Of a stretch of DNA of 64,000 nt, positions 19,003 through 27,004 are shown piece by piece. Positions within the stretch are counted from its first letter, which is position 1. The number at the start of each line of letters is the position of its first letter. Position numbers and translations under genes: made by a program. The stretch comes from Patescibacteria group bacterium (GTDB taxonomy: Bacteria; Patescibacteriota; Patescibacteriia; JACRDY01), in contig JBAZFH010000003.1 in assembly GCA_041653535.1 (NCBI GenBank), positions 66,771 through 130,770 on the forward strand, read 5' to 3'. Below the pieces are notes generated by a model. It worked only from the letters and a program-made list of their open reading frames with translations. It was not told where the DNA came from and searched no databases.

Positions 19003-20607
19003 ATGGCAGTTAGTCTCTATCGTAAATATAGGCCGCAGACTTTTGCCGATGTGGTCGGTCAAAACCATGTCAAAGTCACGCTGCAAAACGAAGTCAAGCA
19101 GGGCAATCTAGCCCATGCTTATTTGTTTTCTGGTCCGCGCGGTATTGGCAAAACGTCAATCGCGAGAATTTTGGCCAAAGCCGTGAATTGTATTGATCGT
19201 AAAAACGGCGATGAGCCGTGTGACAAATGCGAGGCTTGCGAAGAAGTAAAAAACGGCAACTGTTTGGACGTGATCGAAATCGATGCCGCGTCTCACACCG
19301 GTGTTGATAATGTCCGAGAAAATATTATCGAAAACGCTAGGTTCAACCCCAGTCGCTGGAAATATAAAGTTTTTATTATCGACGAAGTCCACATGCTTTC
19401 GCTGTCGGCTTTTAACGCGCTGCTCAAAATAATGGAAGAGCCTCCGGCGCACGTTATTTTTATTTTGTGTACTACCGAAATCCACAAAATACCGGCGACG
19501 ATTATTTCTCGCTGTCAGCGTTTTGATTTCAAAAAAGTTGTGCTGGGTGATATTGTCAACCACCTTAGCTTTATTGCCAAGAAAGAGGGGGTTAGTTGCG
19601 ATAAAGAAGTACTGATGGCAATCACTCGCCATTCGGAAGGATATTTGCGCGACGCTGTCGGACTGCTCGGGCAAATACTTTCACTTGGTGAAAAAAAAAT
19701 AACGCTGGAACAAGCCGAGCTAGTAATCCCGCGATCTAATTTTATTTTAGTTTCCGAGCTAGTTGATTATCTGGTGGCGAAAGACACAGCTCGGGCGTTG
19801 CAGTTAATAAACCGCCTAGCTAACGAAGGAGTGAATTTGGTGCAGTTTACTATTGACCTGGTAGAATTTTTGCGCAAAATATTACTGGTCAAAATATCGG
19901 GTAAACTAGAAGAGTTTGCTCTGGAGTTTGAAGCTGACGAAGAAAAAAAGATTATCGCGCTACTGGATAAACTTGATTTAAAAAAAATCGTTTTATTTAT
20001 AGATACTTTTGTTGATCGGTTGTCAGCAGTCAAGCAAAGCGCTATCACGCAGCTGCCGCTAGAAATGGCAGTGGTTGAACTTTGTGGCGAGAGCACGTAT
20101 GCGTCAGCGACATTGGTTAAAGAAATGGTTCATAAAAAAGATGATAATGTTAAGCCGGCTGGCGGGGGCAAAGAAGATAGGTCAGCGACAGTTGTAAATA
20201 ATGATCCGGAGTCGCAACCGGAAGTTGAAGAAAAAAAGAAAGTGACAAAGAGTAGTGGAGTGCTGAAGATAGAAGATGTATCCAAACAGTGGAATGAAAT
20301 AATCACTAAAATCAGTGAAGACTATCATTCTTTAGCTTTGACATTAAAAGTCAGTAAACCGTTAGAAGTTGATAATAATGTAGTCAAAATAGGTTTTAAA
20401 TATAAGTTTCATCAGGAAAGAATAGCTGATAACAAGAACAAATTGACACTTGAGAATATTTTGAGTAAACTACTGGGCGTTGATTTGCTGGTGGAACCGG
20501 TGTTTAGTGATGACATAGATATTGAGACGCCGGCGGTTTCATCTGCTCCCAGTATTGACGTTGCTTCTGGTGTGGCGGAAATGTTTGGTGGGAAAGTGGT
20601 AGGGTAG
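19003..20607 (+). CDS. dnaX: DNA polymerase III subunit gamma/tau
   Basis: LYRKYRPQTF, GPRGIGKT, EIDAAS, IIDEVHML, SRCQRF. Confidence 0.98.
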   Translation: MAVSLYRKYRPQTFADVVGQNHVKVTLQNEVKQGNLAHAYLFSGPRGIGKTSIARILAKAVNCIDRKNGDEPCDKCEACEEVKNGNCLDVIEIDAASHTGVDNVRENIIENARFNPSRWKYKVFIIDEVHMLSLSAFNALLKIMEEPPAHVIFILCTTEIHKIPATIISRCQRFDFKKVVLGDIVNHLSFIAKKEGVSCDKEVLMAITRHSEGYLRDAVGLLGQILSLGEKKITLEQAELVIPRSNFILVSELVDYLVAKDTARALQLINRLANEGVNLVQFTIDLVEFLRKILLVKISGKLEEFALEFEADEEKKIIALLDKLDLKKIVLFIDTFVDRLSAVKQSAITQLPLEMAVVELCGESTYASATLVKEMVHKKDDNVKPAGGGKEDRSATVVNNDPESQPEVEEKKKVTKSSGVLKIEDVSKQWNEIITKISEDYHSLALTLKVSKPLEVDNNVVKIGFKYKFHQERIADNKNKLTLENILSKLLGVDLLVEPVFSDDIDIETPAVSSAPSIDVASGVAEMFGGKVVG

Positions 20608-20688
20608 CAGGAGACAGGAGACAGGAGACAGGGTCTCTTATTACTCGTGTATTTTTTTATCCTGTATCCAGTATCCTGCATCCTGTAT
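20608..20688. repeat. Intergenic heptamer repeat pair, (caggaga)3 followed by (tatcctg)~4
   Basis: caggagacaggagacaggagacagg ... tatcctgtatccagtatcctgcatcctgtat. Confidence 0.85.
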
Positions 20689-20700
20689 ACTATTTAATAT

Positions 20701-20774
20701 TCGGGGATCGTCTAATGGTAGGACGCCAGGTTCTGGCCCTGGTAATTGGGGTTCGACTCCCTGTCCCCGAGCCA
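20701..20774 (+). tRNA. tRNA-Gln(CTG)
   Basis: Acceptor TCGGGGA/TCCCCGA, anticodon arm ccagg-ttCTGgc-cctgg, GTTCGAC T-loop, encoded CCA. Confidence 0.96.
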
Positions 20775-20984
20775 ATTAAATAGCAGCTAGCGGCTAGTAG
20801 TTAGTATATAGGAAATAGATTGTTTTAAAACTGGAGTCGAAGGGCAGGAGCGAGCCGCCGAAGGTGGCTAGTGTCCGACCAAAGCGAGCAAGTGCGAGCT
20901 TTGGGCGCTGCCCAGGACGCGACTCCCTGTCCCCGAGCCAATTAAATAGCAGCTAGCGGCTAGTAGTTAGTATATAGGAAATAG
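20754..20984 (+). repeat. 65-bp perfect direct repeat of the tRNA-Gln 3' end plus trailer (20754-20818 and 20920-20984) around a 101-bp palindromic insert
   Basis: cgactccctgtccccgagccaattaaatagcagctagcggctagtagttagtatataggaaatag occurs twice. Confidence 0.92.
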
Positions 20985-21003
20985 TAAATAGGAAGTTTAA
21001 ATT

Positions 21004-22173
21004 ATGATTGTTAGGTTTGCCTTATTTGTTTGCGTGGTGCTGGCTATCGTAATTGCCGGTCACGTAATCCTTTATCACGCCTTGATTAATTTTTTGGGAA
21101 TTAGCAACGTTTTCACGCGAAACGTTCTTTTTGCAGTTTTGATTTGCTTATCCCTCAGTTTTGTTATTGCTTCACTTGTCGTCCATTGGTTTGACACCCC
21201 GTTTACTCGGGCTATTTATGACGCGGCTGGTTTCTGGCTGGGGCTGATGTTAAATTTATTATTAGCCAGTTTGTTTATTTTGGTTGTGGTGACGATTTTG
21301 GGATTAATCGGTTGGAAGTTTAATCTTAGAGATTTTAGCATTATTATATTTGTCTTGACCCTGGTTTATTCGGGATTTTCGGTTTGGACCGCGGCAAATC
21401 CGAAGATAAAAAATATTACAGTATCGGCAAAAAATTTGCCAGCTTATTGGACGGATAAAACAATAGTTCAGCTTTCCGATGTTCATTTGGGTTCGGTCCA
21501 TCGACCTGATTTTTTGTCCAGAGTGGTAAAAAAAGTTAATAGTTTAAATCCCGAGCTGGTGGTGATAACCGGAGATCTTTTTGACGGCATGGACGGAGAC
21601 CTGGATTCTTTTATCGAACCGTTAAACAAAATCCGGTCCGCTCAAGGAGTTTATTTTGTTACCGGTAACCACGAGGCTTATTTGGGGGTAGAGGATATTT
21701 TTAAATTTTTAGAAAAAACTCAAATAAAGGTTTTACACGATGATATCGTCGATATCGATGGTTTGCAGCTTGTCGGTATCAATTACCCTGAGTTTGAAGG
21801 TCAAAAAGATATTAGGGAGATTATTCGTCCGGGACAAAATTTTTTTCCGGAAAAACCGACAATACTGCTTTATCATACTCCGACCAATGTCGTCAGCGAT
21901 AAAGCGCATGCTAAATTTAATACTTACTGGTATCCCGATGTTGATTTTTCTTATGCCAAAGAGATAGGTATTGATCTGCAGCTTTCCGGGCATGTTCACA
22001 AGGGTCAGCTCTTTCCTTTTACCTGGATAACAAAACTTATTTATCGCGGTTATGATTATGGTTTGAAAATTGACGGCGGTTTTTCCATTTATGTCAGCAG
22101 CGGTACCGGTACCTGGGGTCCGCCGATGCGTACTGGTAATAGCCCGGAAATAGTGGCGGTGCGTTTGAAATAA
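21004..22173 (+). CDS. Membrane-anchored metallophosphoesterase (YkuE/YaeI-like)
   Basis: Four N-terminal TMs; SDVHLG, ITGDLFD, GNHE, LSGHVHKGQ, GTWGPPMR. Confidence 0.92.
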   Translation: MIVRFALFVCVVLAIVIAGHVILYHALINFLGISNVFTRNVLFAVLICLSLSFVIASLVVHWFDTPFTRAIYDAAGFWLGLMLNLLLASLFILVVVTILGLIGWKFNLRDFSIIIFVLTLVYSGFSVWTAANPKIKNITVSAKNLPAYWTDKTIVQLSDVHLGSVHRPDFLSRVVKKVNSLNPELVVITGDLFDGMDGDLDSFIEPLNKIRSAQGVYFVTGNHEAYLGVEDIFKFLEKTQIKVLHDDIVDIDGLQLVGINYPEFEGQKDIREIIRPGQNFFPEKPTILLYHTPTNVVSDKAHAKFNTYWYPDVDFSYAKEIGIDLQLSGHVHKGQLFPFTWITKLIYRGYDYGLKIDGGFSIYVSSGTGTWGPPMRTGNSPEIVAVRLK

Positions 22174-22182
22174 TTTTAAAAT

Positions 22183-22917
22183 ATGAAAAAAGTATTTTTA
22201 TCTTTATGGTTGCTTTTGGCGATTATTTTTTTATTTGCCGGTTGTGCTGGGCGGGGGACGGACAATCAGCAGACAGAAAGGGAGAGAATAATCGTTATTG
22301 ATGATAGTGGTGCCTCGACTATAGATTTGGAATTGTTTAAAAAAATAATTAATCAAAATTCCGCCGAAGGACTTGGTGAAAAAGAAAAGACGGGACTTGT
22401 TTATCTGGCTGGCGAAGAAAAGATGCTGCGGGATTTTTTTGCTAAGATGGCGGAAAAATACCGGGAAAAACCTTTTGGTTATTTGGCAACGGCTGAAAGC
22501 GGGCATGTTGCTGCTGTTAAAATTTTATTGGAAAAATACGAACTAGCTGATCAAGCTGGGATGGACCTACCAACCGGTGAGTTTGCTGATAAAAAAATAA
22601 AAGAATTTTTTGACAAACAGACAGTAGCCGGAGAAGCTTCTGGCGAAGCGGCTTTAGTTGCTGGTTTAGAAATGATTGAATTTAATATTAAAGATATTGA
22701 ACAATTTACGTTTTCTACCGCTCGACCGGATTTACGTCAGTCTTATAATTTATTGGCGCAGGTAGCCAGAAATCATCTGCGTGAATTATGGAAATCGTTG
22801 CCTGAGAAAGAAGGTGAACTGAAATATAAACCTAAATATATAAGCGAGGAGCAATTCAAGAGTATAGTTGATTCGGCGACTGAAGATATTCCGTCTTTTA
22901 GGTTAAATTTGGACTAA
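22183..22917 (+). CDS. Lipoprotein with a ferritin-like (DUF2202-like) domain
   Basis: Lipobox FAGC; EEKM.RD, AES.H...V..LLEKY, RNHLR motifs. Confidence 0.7.
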   Translation: MKKVFLSLWLLLAIIFLFAGCAGRGTDNQQTERERIIVIDDSGASTIDLELFKKIINQNSAEGLGEKEKTGLVYLAGEEKMLRDFFAKMAEKYREKPFGYLATAESGHVAAVKILLEKYELADQAGMDLPTGEFADKKIKEFFDKQTVAGEASGEAALVAGLEMIEFNIKDIEQFTFSTARPDLRQSYNLLAQVARNHLRELWKSLPEKEGELKYKPKYISEEQFKSIVDSATEDIPSFRLNLD

Positions 22918-22932
22918 AGCTCTATACAAAAG

Positions 22933-22963
22933 AAAAACGGCCCGAAATAAATCGGGTCGTTTT
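22933..22963. terminator. Bidirectional intrinsic terminator
   Basis: aaaaacggcccga-aataaa-tcgggtcgtttt between convergent genes. Confidence 0.75.
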
Positions 22964-22972
22964 GTTGATGGT

Positions 22973-24097
22973 TTATTTTTTGTCGTAGAACTTGATGAAC
23001 TGCCGGCAGATGCCCCGGAAATAGCTGGTTCTCTCTTCGGGTGCGACCAGGGTATAGAGGGCGCGCCAGCGATCCTTCTGCGGTTTGCCGTTTCCGGTGA
23101 TATCGAGAATTTCTTGCAGCATTTGTTTTGCTGACAAGTAGACTTCCTCTTCCAGAATGCCAAGCATTTTTTCCAGATTGCCGGACATATATCGCAGCAT
23201 CAGATATTTGTAGTCAAGTTTGTCAGCTACCATCATGGCGATGTAGGTGGTAAACTTAAACTTGACCCGCAGACCGCTTTTAAACCGGACGACGAAACCC
23301 TCACGGTTTTTGACCGTCGGGTCTTTTATCCAGGTCTTTAGCTCCTCAATCGACTGACCATGCCACAGATCGGTCATTTCGATGTGGAATTTTTTGGCCA
23401 AAGCGGTAACTATGGGATAGCAATAGTCTTCCAATGTGACTCGATTGGTGGCGCCGATTAGGATGAACTTTTCGGCTCCAGCGTATTCGAGGAATACCTT
23501 GGTATCCGGATGGATAATCTCGACAAGCAAGCAAATGTTTCCGTCGTAGATTTTTTTCCAGCCGTGTTTGCGGGCGTACTGGCGCAGCATCTTGTTACCA
23601 AGCACCGAGCTAGCGCTGGCAAAATCACCACGGGTGGTCAGGAGCAACTGCTTTTGATACTCAAAGATGATTCCCAGATGACCGTCGTGCTTGGTTGTGG
23701 CCTCAAATGATTCATTCGGCAAGTCGGTGGTTTCCGGATGTTCACCGTAGTTGTAAAACTTGACGAAAGGTCGGGCTACCAGATTGCCGTCAGAATCAAA
23801 GATGATGCCGCGGCAAAGACGCAATGGATCGGTCCAAGCATCAGGAAAGGCAAATAGGGTGTTGTGCGCCAGGGGGCTGTAGTTTAGACCAACTAGTGGC
23901 AGGGTAGGATGAAAAAAGGCGTTGACTAAATTATTAATATTTGGCCAGCCTTTTTGGGGATTGAACCAGAAAAACTTTTCCATATCAGCCAGATGGTCTT
24001 TTTTCCACTGGTGATACGACTCTTTATCGTGGACGCCATCGGCGGTCATCTTGCGGATGAATTCGCTTAGAGACCGCACTGCTTTCCGAATTTCCAT
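22973..24097 (-). CDS. T4 Rnl1-like ATP-dependent RNA ligase
   Basis: CRGIIFD, RPFVKFYN, motif I KHDG, TRG, VEII, motif IV EGFVV, motif V RVKFK; GGAGG RBS. Confidence 0.85.
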   Translation of the reverse strand: MEIRKAVRSLSEFIRKMTADGVHDKESYHQWKKDHLADMEKFFWFNPQKGWPNINNLVNAFFHPTLPLVGLNYSPLAHNTLFAFPDAWTDPLRLCRGIIFDSDGNLVARPFVKFYNYGEHPETTDLPNESFEATTKHDGHLGIIFEYQKQLLLTTRGDFASASSVLGNKMLRQYARKHGWKKIYDGNICLLVEIIHPDTKVFLEYAGAEKFILIGATNRVTLEDYCYPIVTALAKKFHIEMTDLWHGQSIEELKTWIKDPTVKNREGFVVRFKSGLRVKFKFTTYIAMMVADKLDYKYLMLRYMSGNLEKMLGILEEEVYLSAKQMLQEILDITGNGKPQKDRWRALYTLVAPEERTSYFRGICRQFIKFYDKK

Positions 24098-24146
24098 CTA
24101 TATACCTCCGTAGAAAATCGGATTTTTAATGTTCGATTAATCAGAA

Positions 24147-24175
24147 ATGTTAACATGTAAAATTATTTTTGTCAA
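24147..24175 (-). promoter_or_regulatory. Sigma70 promoter of the RNA ligase gene
   Basis: Minus strand TTGACA-N17-TAACAT with TGn extension. Confidence 0.7.
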
Positions 24176-24210
24176 TAAAAAAAGACCTTCTTTTGAAGGT
24201 CTATGATTAT

Positions 24211-24936
24211 TTATTCGTTAATAATGATGACGGCTCCGCGGGGATTGCCGTGTCGACGATGCGACCAGTAGTAATCGTTTGGGTCACAGACAGTACAGTC
24301 TTTACTGACTGTGGTGTGAAGCTGGTTGAAGCCGTTTTGCCATAGAAGGTGTAAGGTTAATTTTTTCAAATCAACATACACTTGGTTTTTTCTGACAGTG
24401 GAAAAATACATAGTCAATTTCGGCATGTGCGGCATGATTTTTCCGTGGAACTCGTCGACGGGAAAGGAAAGGCATCTTTTGCATATTCCTGGTAATATAG
24501 CAACGCGCGTGGTTTTGGCGTTACCCGGCCAGGCTTTGGCAAAAGATTCAATAATTCCTTTGCCGATAGTGATCCGGCTGATATGAAGTAGTCCGGTGAC
24601 ATTTTCTTTTTCGTCGCGAAATGCCAGGCCCAGACAGTCAGCAAGCAGGCTAACTATTACGCTTGGTCCGGCAGTTATCACCCCATCGAAAAATTTCGGA
24701 GCAGGTGATTTGCCAGCTACGTGAATGGTATCAGTATGCTGATGTGCTGGCATAAAAACCAGCGGTGGCAAGTGTTGGTATCTTGGATAGTGAATCGACT
24801 GAAGATATTCCTTGATTGATTCATTTAACCCGGCTCGATTTTCCCGAAAAGGAGAAAAATCACCGCCAGATTGTGGGCTTAAGGTTGCCCAGGTACTATT
24901 TGCTAGAGCAACCGTCCCGCCTTTTATCTGTTTCAA
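24211..24936 (-). CDS. Divergent YfiH/PgeF (laccase-domain, purine nucleoside phosphorylase) family protein
   Basis: QH.D.I, DG.IT, ADC, LLH, PGIC..C, DL, CT.C...YWSHRR; likely TTG start at 24936 after GGAGG. Confidence 0.75.
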   Translation of the reverse strand: MKQIKGGTVALANSTWATLSPQSGGDFSPFRENRAGLNESIKEYLQSIHYPRYQHLPPLVFMPAHQHTDTIHVAGKSPAPKFFDGVITAGPSVIVSLLADCLGLAFRDEKENVTGLLHISRITIGKGIIESFAKAWPGNAKTTRVAILPGICKRCLSFPVDEFHGKIMPHMPKLTMYFSTVRKNQVYVDLKKLTLHLLWQNGFNQLHTTVSKDCTVCDPNDYYWSHRRHGNPRGAVIIINE

Positions 24937-25077
24937 CTTATTAGTTCCTCCGTTTGTCAAGAAACATTTTTATAATCCAGTATATTAGCAGATAGACGGA
25001 AAAAATCAAGCCCGGGTGTTTTTGGTAAATTTTCTCAAAATAGACTATAATATTAACGTTTATATTAAACAGCGGTT

Positions 25078-25998
25078 ATGGCTATTAAAAAAATTAGCGG
25101 CAAAGTAAATTCATGGGTTTTTATTGACCAGGTCGGGGAAGACGCCGGTGATTATTTGAAAGAAAATTTTAAATTTCATCCGCTTGATCTGGAGGATGTT
25201 TTGTCTGCTCGGCAACGTCCCAAGATAGATGTTTACAGATATTATATTTTTTTAATTTGTGTCTTTCCTTATTATGACGCGCAGGAAAAGAACAAAATTA
25301 GAGGCAGGGAGGTGGATATATTTTTGACTAAAGATTGTTTAGTCACTGTTTCCAAAAAACCATTCCCTGTTTTACGGGAGATATTCGATAAGATGGATAA
25401 AGGCGACAAACTGAAAAAAATATGGCTGGGCAAAAGTCCTAGTTTTCTTTTATATAAAATTTTGGAAATATTGTTGCGCAGCTCTAATTCTTCACTGGAT
25501 TATTGGTCACAAAAGCTGGCCGAGGTGGAAGACGATGTGTATGATCATGAGTTAAAAAGCGTGGCTCATGATTTAGCTAATATTCGTCGTGGGGTTTTAG
25601 CTTTACGTCGCATTCTCGAACCGCAAAAAATGACTATCAACACTTTGGTCGGGACACGCAAAGATTTTATTCCCGTTGAAATGGTAGATTATTTTGATAA
25701 TATTGACGATTACGTGGAGAAAATGTGCGTGACGGTGGAAAATTTTAAAGACAGTGTCGACGGTTTGCATCTTACTAATGAATCGTTAATCTCCCAGAGA
25801 ACTAACAGAACGATAAAAATATTGACAGTAATTTCTGTTGCTTTGATGCCATTGACTTTACTTTCCGGTATTTATGGTATGAACTTGTCGCGGCTGCCTT
25901 ATGCCGAACAACCAGAGATGGTTTTCGGATTTTTTGGCATAGCCATTTTATTTATCATTACTTTAATATTTGTTATTTATAAAAAAGGAAGATTTTAA
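25078..25998 (+). CDS. corA: CorA-family Mg2+/Co2+ transporter
   Basis: FHPLDLED, QRPKID, GIYGMN and two C-terminal TMs. Confidence 0.92.
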   Translation: MAIKKISGKVNSWVFIDQVGEDAGDYLKENFKFHPLDLEDVLSARQRPKIDVYRYYIFLICVFPYYDAQEKNKIRGREVDIFLTKDCLVTVSKKPFPVLREIFDKMDKGDKLKKIWLGKSPSFLLYKILEILLRSSNSSLDYWSQKLAEVEDDVYDHELKSVAHDLANIRRGVLALRRILEPQKMTINTLVGTRKDFIPVEMVDYFDNIDDYVEKMCVTVENFKDSVDGLHLTNESLISQRTNRTIKILTVISVALMPLTLLSGIYGMNLSRLPYAEQPEMVFGFFGIAILFIITLIFVIYKKGRF

Positions 25999-26012
25999 TT
26001 ATCAAATAAAAT

Positions 26013-26993
26013 ATGTTTTTACCAAAATATCAATTCGTTACCATTGGCGGGTCAACCAGAGATTTTATGTTCTATGATCCACAAGCCAATTTTATTTTTA
26101 CTCCGCAAAATTTGACTCAGCCAAAAAGTTTGTGTTTCGAATATGGTTCCAAGATAGAAATTGAAAAAACCTATTTTACTTTCGGCGGCGGCGCGGCAAA
26201 CGCGGCAGTCAATTTTTCTTTGCAGGGTTTTAAAACGGCGGTAATAACCGCTGTCGGTAATGATGAAAATGGTTTAGCGGTGTTGAATAATTTTAAAAAA
26301 TCAGGAGTCGATATATCTTTGATGGAAAAGCATGCTGGTAAAATGACCGGCTTTTCTTTTATTTTAACAGCGGGAAGGGAAAAGGAGCACGTGATTTTTC
26401 TTTATCGCGGTGCCAATAATGATTTGGCGGCTGACGTTTTACGGGGAAGGATTAAGAGTAAATGGTATTATCTTGCTTCTTTGTCAGGAAAAAAATGGCT
26501 GGCAGTTATTGATAAGATTTTCAAACAAAAAGCGTTAGTTGCCTGGAATCCCGGAGAGCAGCAATTAAAAGCGGGGTATTCTCGGTTAAAAAAATATTTA
26601 GAGAAAACTGAAATTTTTGCTGTCAATAAAGATGAGGCTATTGAACTGGTCTTGACAGCTAAAAAATATAAAAACGCCGGCAATAGATTAAACGATATAA
26701 AATTTTTATCGAAGGCGATAAAGGCGATGGGACCCAAAATTGTCATTGTTACTAACGGACGCAAAGGTGGTTACGTTTATGATGGTAAAAATTTTTATTA
26801 CCAAAAGGCTCTCAGTCGGGAGAAAGATGTTGTTGATACTACTGGGGTCGGGGATTGTTTTAATTCTACTTTTGTTGCGGGCTGGGAAAGGTTTGGCGAT
26901 ATCAAAAAAGCGTTGGCAGCAGCCGGTAAAAATTCGGCTTCGTTAACCACTCAGGTGGGAGCGCAGAACGGATTGCTGCGAATTATAAAATAA
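26013..26993 (+). CDS. PfkB family carbohydrate kinase
   Basis: GGGAANAA, N..EA, VDTTGVGDCF. Confidence 0.9.
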   Translation: MFLPKYQFVTIGGSTRDFMFYDPQANFIFTPQNLTQPKSLCFEYGSKIEIEKTYFTFGGGAANAAVNFSLQGFKTAVITAVGNDENGLAVLNNFKKSGVDISLMEKHAGKMTGFSFILTAGREKEHVIFLYRGANNDLAADVLRGRIKSKWYYLASLSGKKWLAVIDKIFKQKALVAWNPGEQQLKAGYSRLKKYLEKTEIFAVNKDEAIELVLTAKKYKNAGNRLNDIKFLSKAIKAMGPKIVIVTNGRKGGYVYDGKNFYYQKALSREKDVVDTTGVGDCFNSTFVAGWERFGDIKKALAAAGKNSASLTTQVGAQNGLLRIIK

Positions 26994-27004
26994 AAAAGCC
27001 ATCT

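Noticed and set aside
20412-20681. 89-aa minus-strand ORF (MQDTGYR...LLSPVSC)
   Set aside because: Translation of heptamer repeats plus the antisense of dnaX.
20754-20984. tRNA 3' duplication as prophage or island attL/attR
   Set aside because: Only 101 bp separate the copies and there is no integrase; kept as a mini-element finding instead.
21004-22173. Metallophosphoesterase as the end-healing partner of the RNA ligase
   Set aside because: It is a membrane-anchored YkuE-like enzyme on the opposite strand, not a Pnkp-type phosphatase.
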